DNA of 64,000 nt, from NCBI GenBank assembly GCA_041739995.1, contig JBGSMV010000029.1:120294-184293 (forward strand), given 5' to 3'. Source of the DNA: Bdellovibrionota bacterium. GTDB taxonomy: Bacteria > Bdellovibrionota_C > UBA2361 > JBGSMV01. Numbering within the stretch: the first letter of the stretch is position 1; every line of letters starts with the position of its first letter. The translations under genes and the position numbers were made by a program. Of this stretch, positions 29,097-39,199 are shown piece by piece. The notes beneath the pieces are model-generated. The model made no database searches and was not told where the DNA came from. It saw nothing but the letters and a program-made list of their open reading frames with translations.

Positions 29097-30011
29097 ATGC
29101 TTTTCTCGCGTTCATCATATAGATCGCTTAGACGTTCCCTCCACTGGCTTGGCGCGCGAATTCTGTATTCTGCTCTTTTGGTTGGACTGTTTGTCGCGCT
29201 GGGAGCGAATAAATCTTGTAATGAGGACTATTTTTTTGCGACGCAACTAAGCTTGCGGAACCCGACTCCGGAAGTGACTGGCACGCCTACTGAAATTCCC
29301 GATGACACAGAAATCCCGGATGAAGAGGATGAAACCCCTACCGCTACGCCTCGAGGAACAAGAACACCGCTGATCGAACCGAGCCCCACCGGGACCGCGG
29401 AAGCGGTGGTTGCCGGTGAAATGTTTCCTCTTTCAGCGCTGCAGGAAATTCCGCCTGAAAATGCTGCCAAGGAAGTGGCCGCTCCCACAGCCACTGTGGC
29501 GCCTCAGTCTGGCGTGGTCCCCAATGGAAAGGTTTCTCGTGGACCAAGGGAGAATTGGCTTGGAAACATTTACAACAAGAGCGAGGAGCCCGAAGCCTCC
29601 GCGGTCTCTCGGGTCTTGGTAGTAAGTGAAGATCCAGCTTTTCAGCGTAGTGTGGCAGCGGCTCTTTCAGGAATTGCGACACACGTTACGGCGGTTACGG
29701 ACGAAATTGAGTTAGAGGATTTCTTCGATAGCTCAGTGGCGATGACGGTGCTTGACGCAAGCTCAAGCGAGCTTAGTCCATGCGAAGCCGTCGATGAAAT
29801 CCGCCACCAGCAGCGTGTCGAAGGTTCGGCCAGTAATTATACGGCTTTTGTAGTAGTTCAGGGCACTGGATCGGAAGGTTCAAGTTCTGGATCAACCTAC
29901 GCCTGTCAGGGGAGTGCCGTGGGCGAAGTGCTTGCCAGGCCCCTGAATCGAGCGGCCATTGCAAGGGCGTTTGAGCGAGCGGCACAAAAGGGTGTGCGCA
30001 GTTCCCGATAA
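29097..30011 (+). CDS. Exported protein with Pro/Thr/Glu linker and degenerate receiver-like C-terminus
   Basis: Hydrophobic segment ending LGANKSC, PT-rich linker, VLVVSED...LARPLN. Start uncertain (29007 or 29097). Confidence 0.6.
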   Translation: MLFSRSSYRSLRRSLHWLGARILYSALLVGLFVALGANKSCNEDYFFATQLSLRNPTPEVTGTPTEIPDDTEIPDEEDETPTATPRGTRTPLIEPSPTGTAEAVVAGEMFPLSALQEIPPENAAKEVAAPTATVAPQSGVVPNGKVSRGPRENWLGNIYNKSEEPEASAVSRVLVVSEDPAFQRSVAAALSGIATHVTAVTDEIELEDFFDSSVAMTVLDASSSELSPCEAVDEIRHQQRVEGSASNYTAFVVVQGTGSEGSSSGSTYACQGSAVGEVLARPLNRAAIARAFERAAQKGVRSSR

Positions 30012-30020
30012 AGTTTACGT

Positions 30021-30857
30021 TTGGAAGTTCTTATGTCTCAGCGATTTGGGTCTGCCCGTTCAGATAGTGCCTTCTTCCTTCGCTTCCTTTCACGCGGAGC
30101 TTTGCTGTTTTGCTTATTGCTGCTGGTGACTGCTTGTAGTGCACGTTCTTCGATCGAGCCGGAACAGCCTTGGGATCCTATCGAGCCAGTAAATCGCGGG
30201 ATCTTCTGGTTCAATGATAAGGTCGACGTCTATGTGCTTGAGCCTGTCTCCGACGTTTACGACTATGTGCTTCCTGACGGCGTCAAAAACACGGTGGGAA
30301 ATTTCTTCTCAAACCTTAAAGCGCCGGTTCGAATTGTGAACTCGTTCTTGCAGCTGGAAGGAGAGCAGGGCGCTACTCAGTTCGCGCGTTTTTGCATTAA
30401 CACTACTGCGGGAGCAGGTGGTTTGTTCGATGTGGCCTCCGAGTGGGGAGTGAACGAAGCGAAGGAAGATTTTGGGGTGACGCTTGGGACTTACGGGGTG
30501 CCGGCAGGGCCATACCTCGTATTGCCGTTTCTGGGCCCAAGCAATATTCGCGATGCAGTCGGTAAAGTCGGTGACGCGTTTCTGGATCCGTTCTTCTATA
30601 CTGGTTCTGTTATTGACCACGATCCTACGGCCGATGCGGTGACCTACGGCGCGAAAGGACTGGAGGTGGTGCAAACTCGTTATGAGCTAGACCCCGCCAT
30701 CGAGACCAGCCGCAAGAGTTCGCTTGATCGCTATCTGTTTGTCCAGAACGCATACTACCAGATTCGAAACGGACGCATCAAAGACGGGCACGCTGTAGAG
30801 AAAGCTGACGGCAGCGGCGTCGAGGGCTCCGGTGAAGAAGAGCTTTCCTTCGATTAA
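30021..30857 (+). CDS. mlaA: VacJ/MlaA lipoprotein
   Basis: Lipobox VTAC, DPIEPVNR..F.FN, NFFSNL, EDFGVTLG.YGV..GPYLVLPFLGPS..RD. Confidence 0.95.
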   Translation: MEVLMSQRFGSARSDSAFFLRFLSRGALLFCLLLLVTACSARSSIEPEQPWDPIEPVNRGIFWFNDKVDVYVLEPVSDVYDYVLPDGVKNTVGNFFSNLKAPVRIVNSFLQLEGEQGATQFARFCINTTAGAGGLFDVASEWGVNEAKEDFGVTLGTYGVPAGPYLVLPFLGPSNIRDAVGKVGDAFLDPFFYTGSVIDHDPTADAVTYGAKGLEVVQTRYELDPAIETSRKSSLDRYLFVQNAYYQIRNGRIKDGHAVEKADGSGVEGSGEEELSFD

Positions 30858-31009
30858 AGAGCGCCTCTTATTTTCTGAAATGAGTGCCCCGAAAGCCCTC
30901 TGGAGGCTTCTGAGGCCTGGTCTGGTCTGTTAAGACCCTGAAACACCTGAGTCTTGGAATTCCCAAATTGCATCTCAAGGATCGTGCATCATGGTGTGTG
31001 CTCGATTAC

Positions 31010-34000
31010 ATGAGAAATATTAACTACTTAATTGTCCACAAGGATCACCCCTTTGATAGGAAGGGCGTCAATAGCGGCGCCGAGAACGCTACCCGTGCGC
31101 TGGCCCAAGCGCTTTGCGCCGGCGGGTACCAAGTGGTGGTGGCCGCTCAGCTCTCTGGTTCAGAACACAAAGCGGAAAACTCGGCGAGCGGAGTCAGTCT
31201 GAATCCCGACCAGAACAAGTCCGCCGTAGAGTGGTGGGACCTTGGCGAAGCCTTTGATACCCAAGCCGCACTCCAGAGAATGCACGAACGGGGGCGTTAC
31301 TGCCTCATTTCAGCGGGAAGAGCGCAGGTCATTCTTGAAAGTCGCAACGACCAGCGCTGCGTGGCGCGAATACTTATCTCGCATGATCGATCCGGCAATG
31401 ATACTGGAATTCGTCCTGAGGTGCTTTGTCGTGTTGCGGACAGAGTGGTGTGCGTTTCAAACGCGCAGCGTGAGATATTCTTAAAGGCGGGAGCTCCGCC
31501 CGAGAAAGTAGTGACACTCTTCAATGGGGTCGACCTCGATCTGTTCCCGGTGGGGCAGCCAGCTGAGCGCGATTTTCAAAAATTAGTGTTTGTTGGCGCT
31601 CTGGTCGAAGACAAAGGAATCCACTGGCTGATCGAATCCTTCTGCGCGCTTAAACCAAAATATCCCCAACTTACTTTGGACGTGTACGGAACAAGTGGTT
31701 TGTGGGGCAGGGCGCCGCTATTCAATGAAAAGGAAATTGAACAAAAAGTCCCGGGAATCAAATTCCACGGGAAAGTCTCCCAGGAGATAGTCGGTAAGGC
31801 CATGAGCACGGCCGGACTATGTGTCATCCCAAGTATTTGGTTCGATCCTTTCCCCTTGACCGCACTTGAGGCGCAAGCCACCGGCTGTCCTGTTTTGACA
31901 TTTGATGTGGGCGGTCTCAAAGAAGGCGTGCGTGATCAAGAAACCGCACTGGTGATGAAGGAAATAACTCCGCAGGCACTGACTGGCTCCCTGGACCTCT
32001 TGCTCTCCAATCCGGAGCGCTTAAAAGAATTTTCGACGCAAGCCTTAAAACTTTGTCGTCCTCGATTTACTTGGGAGAGAGTGGCGAGCGACCTGCTTGC
32101 ACAAGTCGAGGCCGTTCAGCAGTCACGACAGAGCCCACTCGTGCGAGGTCAAATTGGAGTGGTGAGTACCTGGAACCAGTCATGTGGACTAGCAACTTAC
32201 GCGAAATATCTATTTTCTCAGTTTCCTGCGGAGACCACGGTGGTGTTCTCCGAGAGTGTGCCGCCAGCGTCTATGGACGACGCGCGGGTGGTGCGCTGCT
32301 GGAACAAAGGAAGTGCGGATCTCGGAAAGCTTGAGCAGGCGATTGTTTCAAGCGGAGTGGTGCTTGTGCACTTGAACGTTCATCCAGAGTTCTTCGCCGG
32401 GGAGGTACTCAGTACGCTAGTGCGAAAGCTTCGGGAGCGTGGCGTAAAGGTTGTTGCGCATCTTCACAATACTTTCACATACCAGCCGGCACTGGCTGCA
32501 CTCGTAGGCGCAGTCGATCGAGTAATCGTGCATGCACCAGAAAACCGTGCGCAACTTGTAGCCAACGGTGCGATTCCAGAGAATGTCGAAGTCGTACCGC
32601 ACGGAGTGCAGGTGCAGTCTGCGATCACCCCGGAAGAGCGCACTACAATTCGACAGAAAATAGGCGTCTCCTCCCAGGCGGTGCTGATTAGTTCGTTCGG
32701 CTTTATCCAGCCCCACAAAGGCATGGAAGGAGTTATCGAGGGCGTAGCGCACTTGGTGCAGCGCGGGGTCGACGCGCGTGGTGCTCTGGTGGGCCAAGTC
32801 ATGGCAAGCGATCCATACAGTCAGGGATACGCAGCACGCCTCAAAGAGCTTGCAACTACGAAAGGGGTTCAGGATCGAATTACCTTCTTTGATAAATTTG
32901 TTCCGGAGGCAGAAGTCACGGAATACCTGCAGGCCTCAGACATTGTGCTAATGAACTATGGCTCCTCGCACTACGAAGCCTCTGGCGCATGTGCGGTGGC
33001 AGTGGGATCGGGAGCCCTGGTGGTCACTTCTTTAGCGCCACCTTTTCAGCCGTTTGGCGAAGCAGTGTGGCACCTTACCAGCGGATTCCCCCTCACGCTC
33101 TCGCTGGAGCTGCTTCTTACCAATCAGCCACTACGCACCCATATTCAAGCCAGCGCTCGTGCATACGCCGAGCAGTATAGTTGGCCACGAACGGCGCAAA
33201 CGATTCTAGACATTTATGCTCGTATGTCAGTGGAGCCCACAGCGAACGACAATTTCGATCCGAGTTCACGGAGAATGGAAATGGAATGGAATAAACAAGC
33301 ACCCTCAATAGCTCGTCCAATGGCGTTGAAAATACTGATGCAACCGCGCCCAAATGCTCTTAGTCAGCGCGGTGGCGACACCGTGGTGCTCGAGAAAACG
33401 GCTATTGAGCTTCGGTCGCTGGGACATCAAGTCGAAATTGATGTTGAGGGGCGCTGCCGTCCTGAAGACTTCGACGTGGTGCATCTATTCAATTTCGCCT
33501 TGCCCGATCTACTGAAAGCACAAGCGGAACGCTGTGTGCAGGCCAAGACGCCCTTTGTGGTGACGACGCTCTGCGAAGATGTGCCAAGCTTCCACAACCA
33601 GTCTTGGGAAGCAGCACGAATATTGGTTGAGTACGTAAGTCGTGGTCAGAATAGCGAATGGCTGCGAAGCCAGTGGGGGCGCTTAAGCGCAGTAGTCCCA
33701 TCGACTCGATTCAACAACGATTGGGTCGCCGCACATGCCGATGCGCTCATTGCAAACGGAGATGGAGAAACCCAGGTCTTGAGGCGAGATTATCCAAGTG
33801 CCAAGTCAATTCTCGAAGTGCCAGTGGGTTTTGACCTGGGAGCTGACGGAAGCGCGGCTACGTTTGTGCGTGAGCACGGAGTCTCTGACTTTGTCCTGTG
33901 TGTGGGCAGAATCGAGTCGAGAAAGAATCAGCTGATGCTGCTTCAAGCGCTCGAACATTCAGATATTCCCGTGGTGTTGGTCGGCGGCGGATTTAGCTAT

Positions 34001-36115
34001 CAGCCAGAGTACGAACAGGCGGTTCGAAAGTTTAAGCGAAAGGGCAAGACGATAATTCTCGGAAGGCTCTCTCCTGAAATGCTCTCGAGCGCTTACGCTG
34101 CTTGTCGAGTACACGCATTGCCTAGTTGGTATGAACTTCCAGGGCTAGTGTCTTTAGAGGCCGCAGCGTACGGGAAGAACATAGTGGTAAGTGCCACTGG
34201 TACTACCCCAAACTATTTCGCTGAACTTGCGATGTATGCATCGCCTTCAGATCCTCGTTCGATCAAGAATGCGGTGCTTGCAGCGTTCTACGCACCGGTC
34301 GACCTTGGGTTAAGTGCGCACGTGCAACAATATCGCTGGAAGAGCGCAGCTGAAGCTACCGCCAATGTGTATCAAAAGGTGCTTCAAAGTGTGGGACGTA
34401 CTCCGCGCCTTGCCGCGACATCAGTGCGTATCGAAACGCCAACCGTGGCCTACGCTGCTCGGGTGGAGAGTCCGGCGGCACCAATGCAAAATTCAGTACC
34501 AGCTGTGGGATCATCAATTGCTTCGGCGATAATTGATGGAAACAAGCCAAATGCGGAGGTAGCGCAGCTACTCGAAGCAGGAGAGAACGCAGCTCGAGCG
34601 GGTGATTTCGTCAAAGCACGACAGCTTCTTGGAGAAGTTGAACAGCGTAGCCCTGGGTCTGCTCAATGCCTGCGGTCCTTAGGTGCGGTTGCCCTGGCTG
34701 AAGAGCATCGACCGGAGGCGAAGCGGTACTTTGAACGTGCGCTCGCCATTGATCCTAGAGAGACAAAATCAATTGTTGGACTCGGCATGTGCGCTGCTCT
34801 GGACGGGGAGTATCGTAGTGCGCAAGGCCTGTTGATTAAAGCGCTCAGCATTGACGACACCCAGACCACGGCACTCCACCAGCTTATTCAATGTGCCAAT
34901 GTGCTAGGGGATTTTGCACCGCTTGAACAGGCGCTTAGGCAGTACCTGAAGCGTTGTCCAGACGACAACGAGTTCCAGTTCTGCTTAGCAGGCTGTGTCT
35001 ATAAACAAGGGAATTTTGAGGAAGCGTCACGAATAGTTGATGCGGTGTTGGCCCGTGACTCCTCACATCGCGGCGCGGGAGAATTGCGCACAGAGCTTCG
35101 CTCTAGGGCAAGCAGGGCCGCGACTCCGGTCGTGGCGCCTGTGGGCAGCTCCGTTGGTTCCGTTCCTCAGCACACGACAAATGTTGCTACCTCTGAGGCC
35201 AGCATGCCTGCGGAACCTTCATGGTTGCAGGCGCTGAAGGCGACTCCGTTTGCTGTTCCTGCACAAAAAGACCCTACAAAGTCGTCGACCAGCGTACAGA
35301 ACGCGCAACCTTCAGTATCGACTGGAGCGCCAGCAAGCAACGGTAGTCAAAAATGGGAAACTACCGCATCTCAGCCGTCCGAACCACGCGTAGTGGCGCC
35401 GTCATTGAACGGTGGGACGCCTGAGCAAGTGTTGGCTCACATCGAAGAGCTCAAGAGAGGCAATCAACTCGCCGAGGCTGGGCAAGCCTGCGATGAGTTT
35501 CTTGCGCGTGGATTGGCTGGCGAATTTCTTGAGCAGGCTAGGTTATTAAGGGCAGAGGTTCATTGCATCAGAGAGGAAATTGAGCAGGCCCGTCGCTTGT
35601 TTGATTCTGTGTTGGGCACTAACCCGCGATCTGCCAGGGCACTCTGCGGCAAGGGTGCTCTTGCCGCCCATGCCGGTAACTGGGGCGAGGCGGAAGCCCT
35701 GTTTCAGAAAGCGCAGATGCTCTCACCATCATATGATGTGGCCTGTGCTGGACTAGGGCTTTGTGCGTTTCAGCGAGAGGAATCGCAACAGGCTTGGCAC
35801 TGGTATTGGCGCGCAACTCAGGCAAATCCTGAGTGTCTGCGTGCTTTGCTTGGCCTTGTTGAGCTTGCCTATCCACTGAAGAAGCTCGCGGAGCTCGAAC
35901 AAGCCTTGCGGCAGTACCTAGACCTTCATCCAGCTGACTTGCAGTTCGTGTATTCTCTGGCCGGATGTTTGTATGCTCAGAATAAAATGCCAGAGGCCAA
36001 GTGCGAGATTGAGAAGATAATAATCTTTGAACCAGCCCACGAGCGAGCGGTTGAACTCAAAGGGATTATTGAGCAGCGAATGGGACAATCCGGTGGTGGG
36101 GGGCACTCACACTGA
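31010..36115 (+). CDS. Multidomain glycosyltransferase (three GT-B/GT4-like modules) with C-terminal TPR arrays
   Basis: Module motifs PSIWFDPFPLTALEA, FGFIQPHKG..YEASGA and PSWYELPGLVSLEA. Two TPR blocks separated by a Pro/Ser/Thr linker. Confidence 0.9.
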   Translation: MRNINYLIVHKDHPFDRKGVNSGAENATRALAQALCAGGYQVVVAAQLSGSEHKAENSASGVSLNPDQNKSAVEWWDLGEAFDTQAALQRMHERGRYCLISAGRAQVILESRNDQRCVARILISHDRSGNDTGIRPEVLCRVADRVVCVSNAQREIFLKAGAPPEKVVTLFNGVDLDLFPVGQPAERDFQKLVFVGALVEDKGIHWLIESFCALKPKYPQLTLDVYGTSGLWGRAPLFNEKEIEQKVPGIKFHGKVSQEIVGKAMSTAGLCVIPSIWFDPFPLTALEAQATGCPVLTFDVGGLKEGVRDQETALVMKEITPQALTGSLDLLLSNPERLKEFSTQALKLCRPRFTWERVASDLLAQVEAVQQSRQSPLVRGQIGVVSTWNQSCGLATYAKYLFSQFPAETTVVFSESVPPASMDDARVVRCWNKGSADLGKLEQAIVSSGVVLVHLNVHPEFFAGEVLSTLVRKLRERGVKVVAHLHNTFTYQPALAALVGAVDRVIVHAPENRAQLVANGAIPENVEVVPHGVQVQSAITPEERTTIRQKIGVSSQAVLISSFGFIQPHKGMEGVIEGVAHLVQRGVDARGALVGQVMASDPYSQGYAARLKELATTKGVQDRITFFDKFVPEAEVTEYLQASDIVLMNYGSSHYEASGACAVAVGSGALVVTSLAPPFQPFGEAVWHLTSGFPLTLSLELLLTNQPLRTHIQASARAYAEQYSWPRTAQTILDIYARMSVEPTANDNFDPSSRRMEMEWNKQAPSIARPMALKILMQPRPNALSQRGGDTVVLEKTAIELRSLGHQVEIDVEGRCRPEDFDVVHLFNFALPDLLKAQAERCVQAKTPFVVTTLCEDVPSFHNQSWEAARILVEYVSRGQNSEWLRSQWGRLSAVVPSTRFNNDWVAAHADALIANGDGETQVLRRDYPSAKSILEVPVGFDLGADGSAATFVREHGVSDFVLCVGRIESRKNQLMLLQALEHSDIPVVLVGGGFSYQPEYEQAVRKFKRKGKTIILGRLSPEMLSSAYAACRVHALPSWYELPGLVSLEAAAYGKNIVVSATGTTPNYFAELAMYASPSDPRSIKNAVLAAFYAPVDLGLSAHVQQYRWKSAAEATANVYQKVLQSVGRTPRLAATSVRIETPTVAYAARVESPAAPMQNSVPAVGSSIASAIIDGNKPNAEVAQLLEAGENAARAGDFVKARQLLGEVEQRSPGSAQCLRSLGAVALAEEHRPEAKRYFERALAIDPRETKSIVGLGMCAALDGEYRSAQGLLIKALSIDDTQTTALHQLIQCANVLGDFAPLEQALRQYLKRCPDDNEFQFCLAGCVYKQGNFEEASRIVDAVLARDSSHRGAGELRTELRSRASRAATPVVAPVGSSVGSVPQHTTNVATSEASMPAEPSWLQALKATPFAVPAQKDPTKSSTSVQNAQPSVSTGAPASNGSQKWETTASQPSEPRVVAPSLNGGTPEQVLAHIEELKRGNQLAEAGQACDEFLARGLAGEFLEQARLLRAEVHCIREEIEQARRLFDSVLGTNPRSARALCGKGALAAHAGNWGEAEALFQKAQMLSPSYDVACAGLGLCAFQREESQQAWHWYWRATQANPECLRALLGLVELAYPLKKLAELEQALRQYLDLHPADLQFVYSLAGCLYAQNKMPEAKCEIEKIIIFEPAHERAVELKGIIEQRMGQSGGGGHSH

Positions 36116-36326
36116 GCTTGATAAGGAGACGCTGAAAAACTAAATGTTGGTGGTCTTAGTGGTGCAAACAAGTTCCCGCGATTGGCGTAAATTTGATTCA
36201 AACACGAAGACCACAAAGACCACGAAGGTAGAAGTGGGAGCTTCTCAAGGTTCCGTGCGGGAACTTTCTCGGAGATAGAAATCGGGCCGTTATAGATCAG
36301 GCCAGGAAAGCTAAGGATAGCGCAGG

Positions 36327-37616
36327 GTGAAAATTCTAATTCTCAATCAATCCTGGTTTGCCGATGAGCTGCGAGCAGCAGGGCATGAAGTAGTGGTGGC
36401 CGGGTTTGGAAGAGATTTCCCAATTCGCTTCGACTACAGCGTGTTGCACATCGACACTGTACTTAAAGCACTTCCCGCTGGTTTTACGCCTGATGCGATT
36501 GTCGTGCACGATGAAAGCAGTCCATGGTTTGTGGCGGGATTGGATGAAACTAGCTGTCCAGTTCTATTCTATTCAGTCGACACTCACCACCACGCTCATC
36601 TGCACCGCTACTCGGCTCACATGGCCGACTGCACCTATATCGCTCAAAAGGACTTTGCAGGGCCGTTTCATGAAACTGGGCTTGAGCCCAAGTGGCTTCC
36701 GCTGTGGGCCAGTCGCTATGTGGAGCCATCGGAGGAGCGTGTCGCTTCTGTTTGCTTTGTGGGGAATCTTGACCGCGCACTGAATCCTTGGCGGGTGGAT
36801 TTCTTTGAGGCTTTGAAGCAGCGGGTGGACGTTTTGGTCACCAAGGGGGCTTTTTGGGAGTATTTTCCTAAGAGCGACATTGTTATCAATCAAACCGTGA
36901 AAGGCGACCTGAATTTTCGGGTCTTTGAAGCCCTGATGTGTGGAACGGTGCTACTGACCGAAAGTTCGGGGAATGGGCTACTCGACCTCTTCACGGATGG
37001 CGAGCATCTGGTTACCTATGAGAAGAGCAATGTTGATGATGCCGTTGCCAAGATTCAATCTTTGCTTGCTGATAAAGCACTTTGCAAACGTATCGCCGAA
37101 CAGGGCAGGGCTGAGATTCTTGCAAAACATCTACCAATTCATAGAGCTGAAACGATTGATTTGGAACTTCGCGCGCTAAAACGAGTGCCCGACGCTCGCC
37201 GTCACACGGGCGCAGCGGTGAATTTCAGTTCGTTGGCAGCCTCAGCTTTTGAGGTGGACCGGGGCCTTACCACCCAAGCCCTTATTCATGCACTGAAAGC
37301 TGCGCGGCATTCGCTTGAAAAGCGCGAGGCGCTAAGTGTCGAAATTGCCTGTCACTTAATTCGCTCGGCTCACTTGTATGATTTTCTGTTGGGTTCGATG
37401 GCGGGCGAGGACCTTATTCAGGAATTTAGCGAAGCTCACCCAGAGCTCCCTGTTTTAGCTTTGGCACGTGTAAGGTCGTTGCTTAATCGTGGTGCCCGAG
37501 AAGAGGCACTTGGTTGGGTCAGGGACCACTTCGCTACGGAGCCGGCGCAAGTGTTTGAGACGGCGGAGAGGGTAGTGATGCAGATTCTTTCCAAATCAAC
37601 TGACGCGCATGTGTGA
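36327..37616 (+). CDS. CgeB-like glycosyltransferase
   Basis: YSVDTH, IVINQTVKGDLNFRVFEALMCG..LLT and IAEQGR...L.KH...HRA. Confidence 0.85.
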   Translation: MKILILNQSWFADELRAAGHEVVVAGFGRDFPIRFDYSVLHIDTVLKALPAGFTPDAIVVHDESSPWFVAGLDETSCPVLFYSVDTHHHAHLHRYSAHMADCTYIAQKDFAGPFHETGLEPKWLPLWASRYVEPSEERVASVCFVGNLDRALNPWRVDFFEALKQRVDVLVTKGAFWEYFPKSDIVINQTVKGDLNFRVFEALMCGTVLLTESSGNGLLDLFTDGEHLVTYEKSNVDDAVAKIQSLLADKALCKRIAEQGRAEILAKHLPIHRAETIDLELRALKRVPDARRHTGAAVNFSSLAASAFEVDRGLTTQALIHALKAARHSLEKREALSVEIACHLIRSAHLYDFLLGSMAGEDLIQEFSEAHPELPVLALARVRSLLNRGAREEALGWVRDHFATEPAQVFETAERVVMQILSKSTDAHV

Positions 37617-38252
37617 TCTGACCTTAAGCAGTCAGTGCGATTGTCCCGCTTTGCGCATCGATACATATCGACATAATTGGAACTTGCACGCAAAGTTTCT
37701 TACTTGGAAAACGGGGATGTTTACGTAGATAGTGAAACGCATTTCCCTAGCAATCAACCGCCCACTGGAGTCCCCCCGCATCTCTCTCAGCTTTATTCCT
37801 CGCCGCGTATCTCTGCTGCGCTGGCGGACCTTAGCCCTATTCAGGTTCTCGCAGCCTCGTCATCCAACCGTCGAAAGATCAACCGTGGCACATTGTGATA
37901 ATCCGAAGAGGGTAGAGTTTGGAGAACCACAGTATCTTCGGGACATTGCTACTTGGCATTCTCTATCCACACGTCCGGCGAGCGGAGTGGTAGTGAAATG
38001 TGAGGGTGCCGCATTCCCCACTCGAGACTAGTGAGGACATAATTTGATTGCTTCGCTAAAAGGGCGAGGTTATTTGAAAGTGCGTCAGCGCGGGGCATCT
38101 GGCTGATTCCGCTGTATCCTTTGGCGAGTGGGGCCTCTAGTGGCCGTGTCCGCTAGTTGTTGATTCAGAGTGGGGAACTGCGAGGGAAGTGGGATCGCGT
38201 CGACAAGAGGTCAAGAGGTTTTGTGGACACTCGGTTTTTCGACCTCGGCAAT

Positions 38253-38280
38253 TTTGTTTGTTTGTTTGTTTGTTTGTTTG
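38253..38280. repeat. (TTTG)7 simple sequence repeat
   Basis: Seven perfect TTTG units about 60 bp upstream of ATG 38343. Confidence 0.95.
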
Positions 38281-38342
38281 TTTTTTGTTCGTTCGGGATT
38301 TTTGGTCGTATTCTGCTTAGTCTTTATCTGATTGGAGGAACT

Positions 38343-38612
38343 ATGAAAACTATCAAGATATTGTCTTTCGGTTTGATTGCGTCGGTTTCACTGCTGATCT
38401 CTGCTGAAAGTGCCTATGCGGTAAACTGCGCCAGTGTGGATAGCGCGTGCCAATACCAGTGCGATCAGCTCAACGCCCGCTACCGCAATGTTCAAAATAG
38501 CTGCGACTACACCTGGGACTTCTACTGGATTAATTACGGATTCTGCACTGCAGCTAGTAACGCCTACAATAGAGCCGCGGATGCCTTCATTCAGTGCCTT
38601 AACGATCTGTAG
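38343..38612 (+). CDS. Small secreted six-cysteine protein
   Basis: GGAGG RBS, Sec signal MKTIKIL...AESAYA, and a 63-aa mature part with 6 Cys. Confidence 0.8.
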   Translation: MKTIKILSFGLIASVSLLISAESAYAVNCASVDSACQYQCDQLNARYRNVQNSCDYTWDFYWINYGFCTAASNAYNRAADAFIQCLNDL

Positions 38613-38690
38613 ACTCGAAGCGATTCATTCCGCGTGATGAGCCATCGGTCCATACTCTTTTTTCGCTTTTGGCTTTTCGCTTATGGCTTT

Positions 38691-39026
38691 TCAGTCACGG
38701 CGATGGGGGAAACTATCGAGTGGCAGGTCTCGCGTATGGGCTGATCTGGGTCGGTATGCTTTTCCTGTCCTAAGGACTTGAGGTGAGGCTTCAAGCTTCT
38801 GTTCGTGCGACAGCATGGACAGAAGCTTTTCTCGTTCCAAAACTGTCTCTCGCTTACTCGCCACCACTCGCCGCTCGGGCATCAGCGCGACAAGCCCGAT
38901 GGTCGCCGGCACTGTTCGATCGGTAAGTGTGAACTTAAGCTCTTGTTGTGCTCGACGTTCAATTCACAGACCAACAGTGAGGGCGCTGACCCCCAAAAAC
39001 ACGAAGAAACCGAGAACTCGTCTCAT
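38691..39026 (-). pseudogene. Possible membrane-anchored protein gene with internal TGA
   Basis: GGAAGG RBS + MRRVLGFFVFLGVSALTVGL*IERRAQQE, in frame with ORF 38691..38912. Stop at 38964-38966. Confidence 0.4.
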
Positions 39027-39199
39027 ATCGCGACCTTCCATGTCGGTAATTATCTCACAGTGTTGTTGCCCCATTAGCTTACCCGTTCGTTCTGTGGTAG
39101 TGGCAAGACTGGTCTAAACCAAGGTTTTAGCGTGTCTCGAGCAGTCCAGCAGAATCTGCTGTGGTGCCGGGGGTACCAGAAAGGTTGAAAGGAGGTTGT

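Noticed and set aside
38157..38342. N-terminal extension of ORF 38157..38612 (FVCLFVCLFV)
   Set aside because: It is a translation of the TTTG repeat; the RBS and signal peptide point to ATG 38343.
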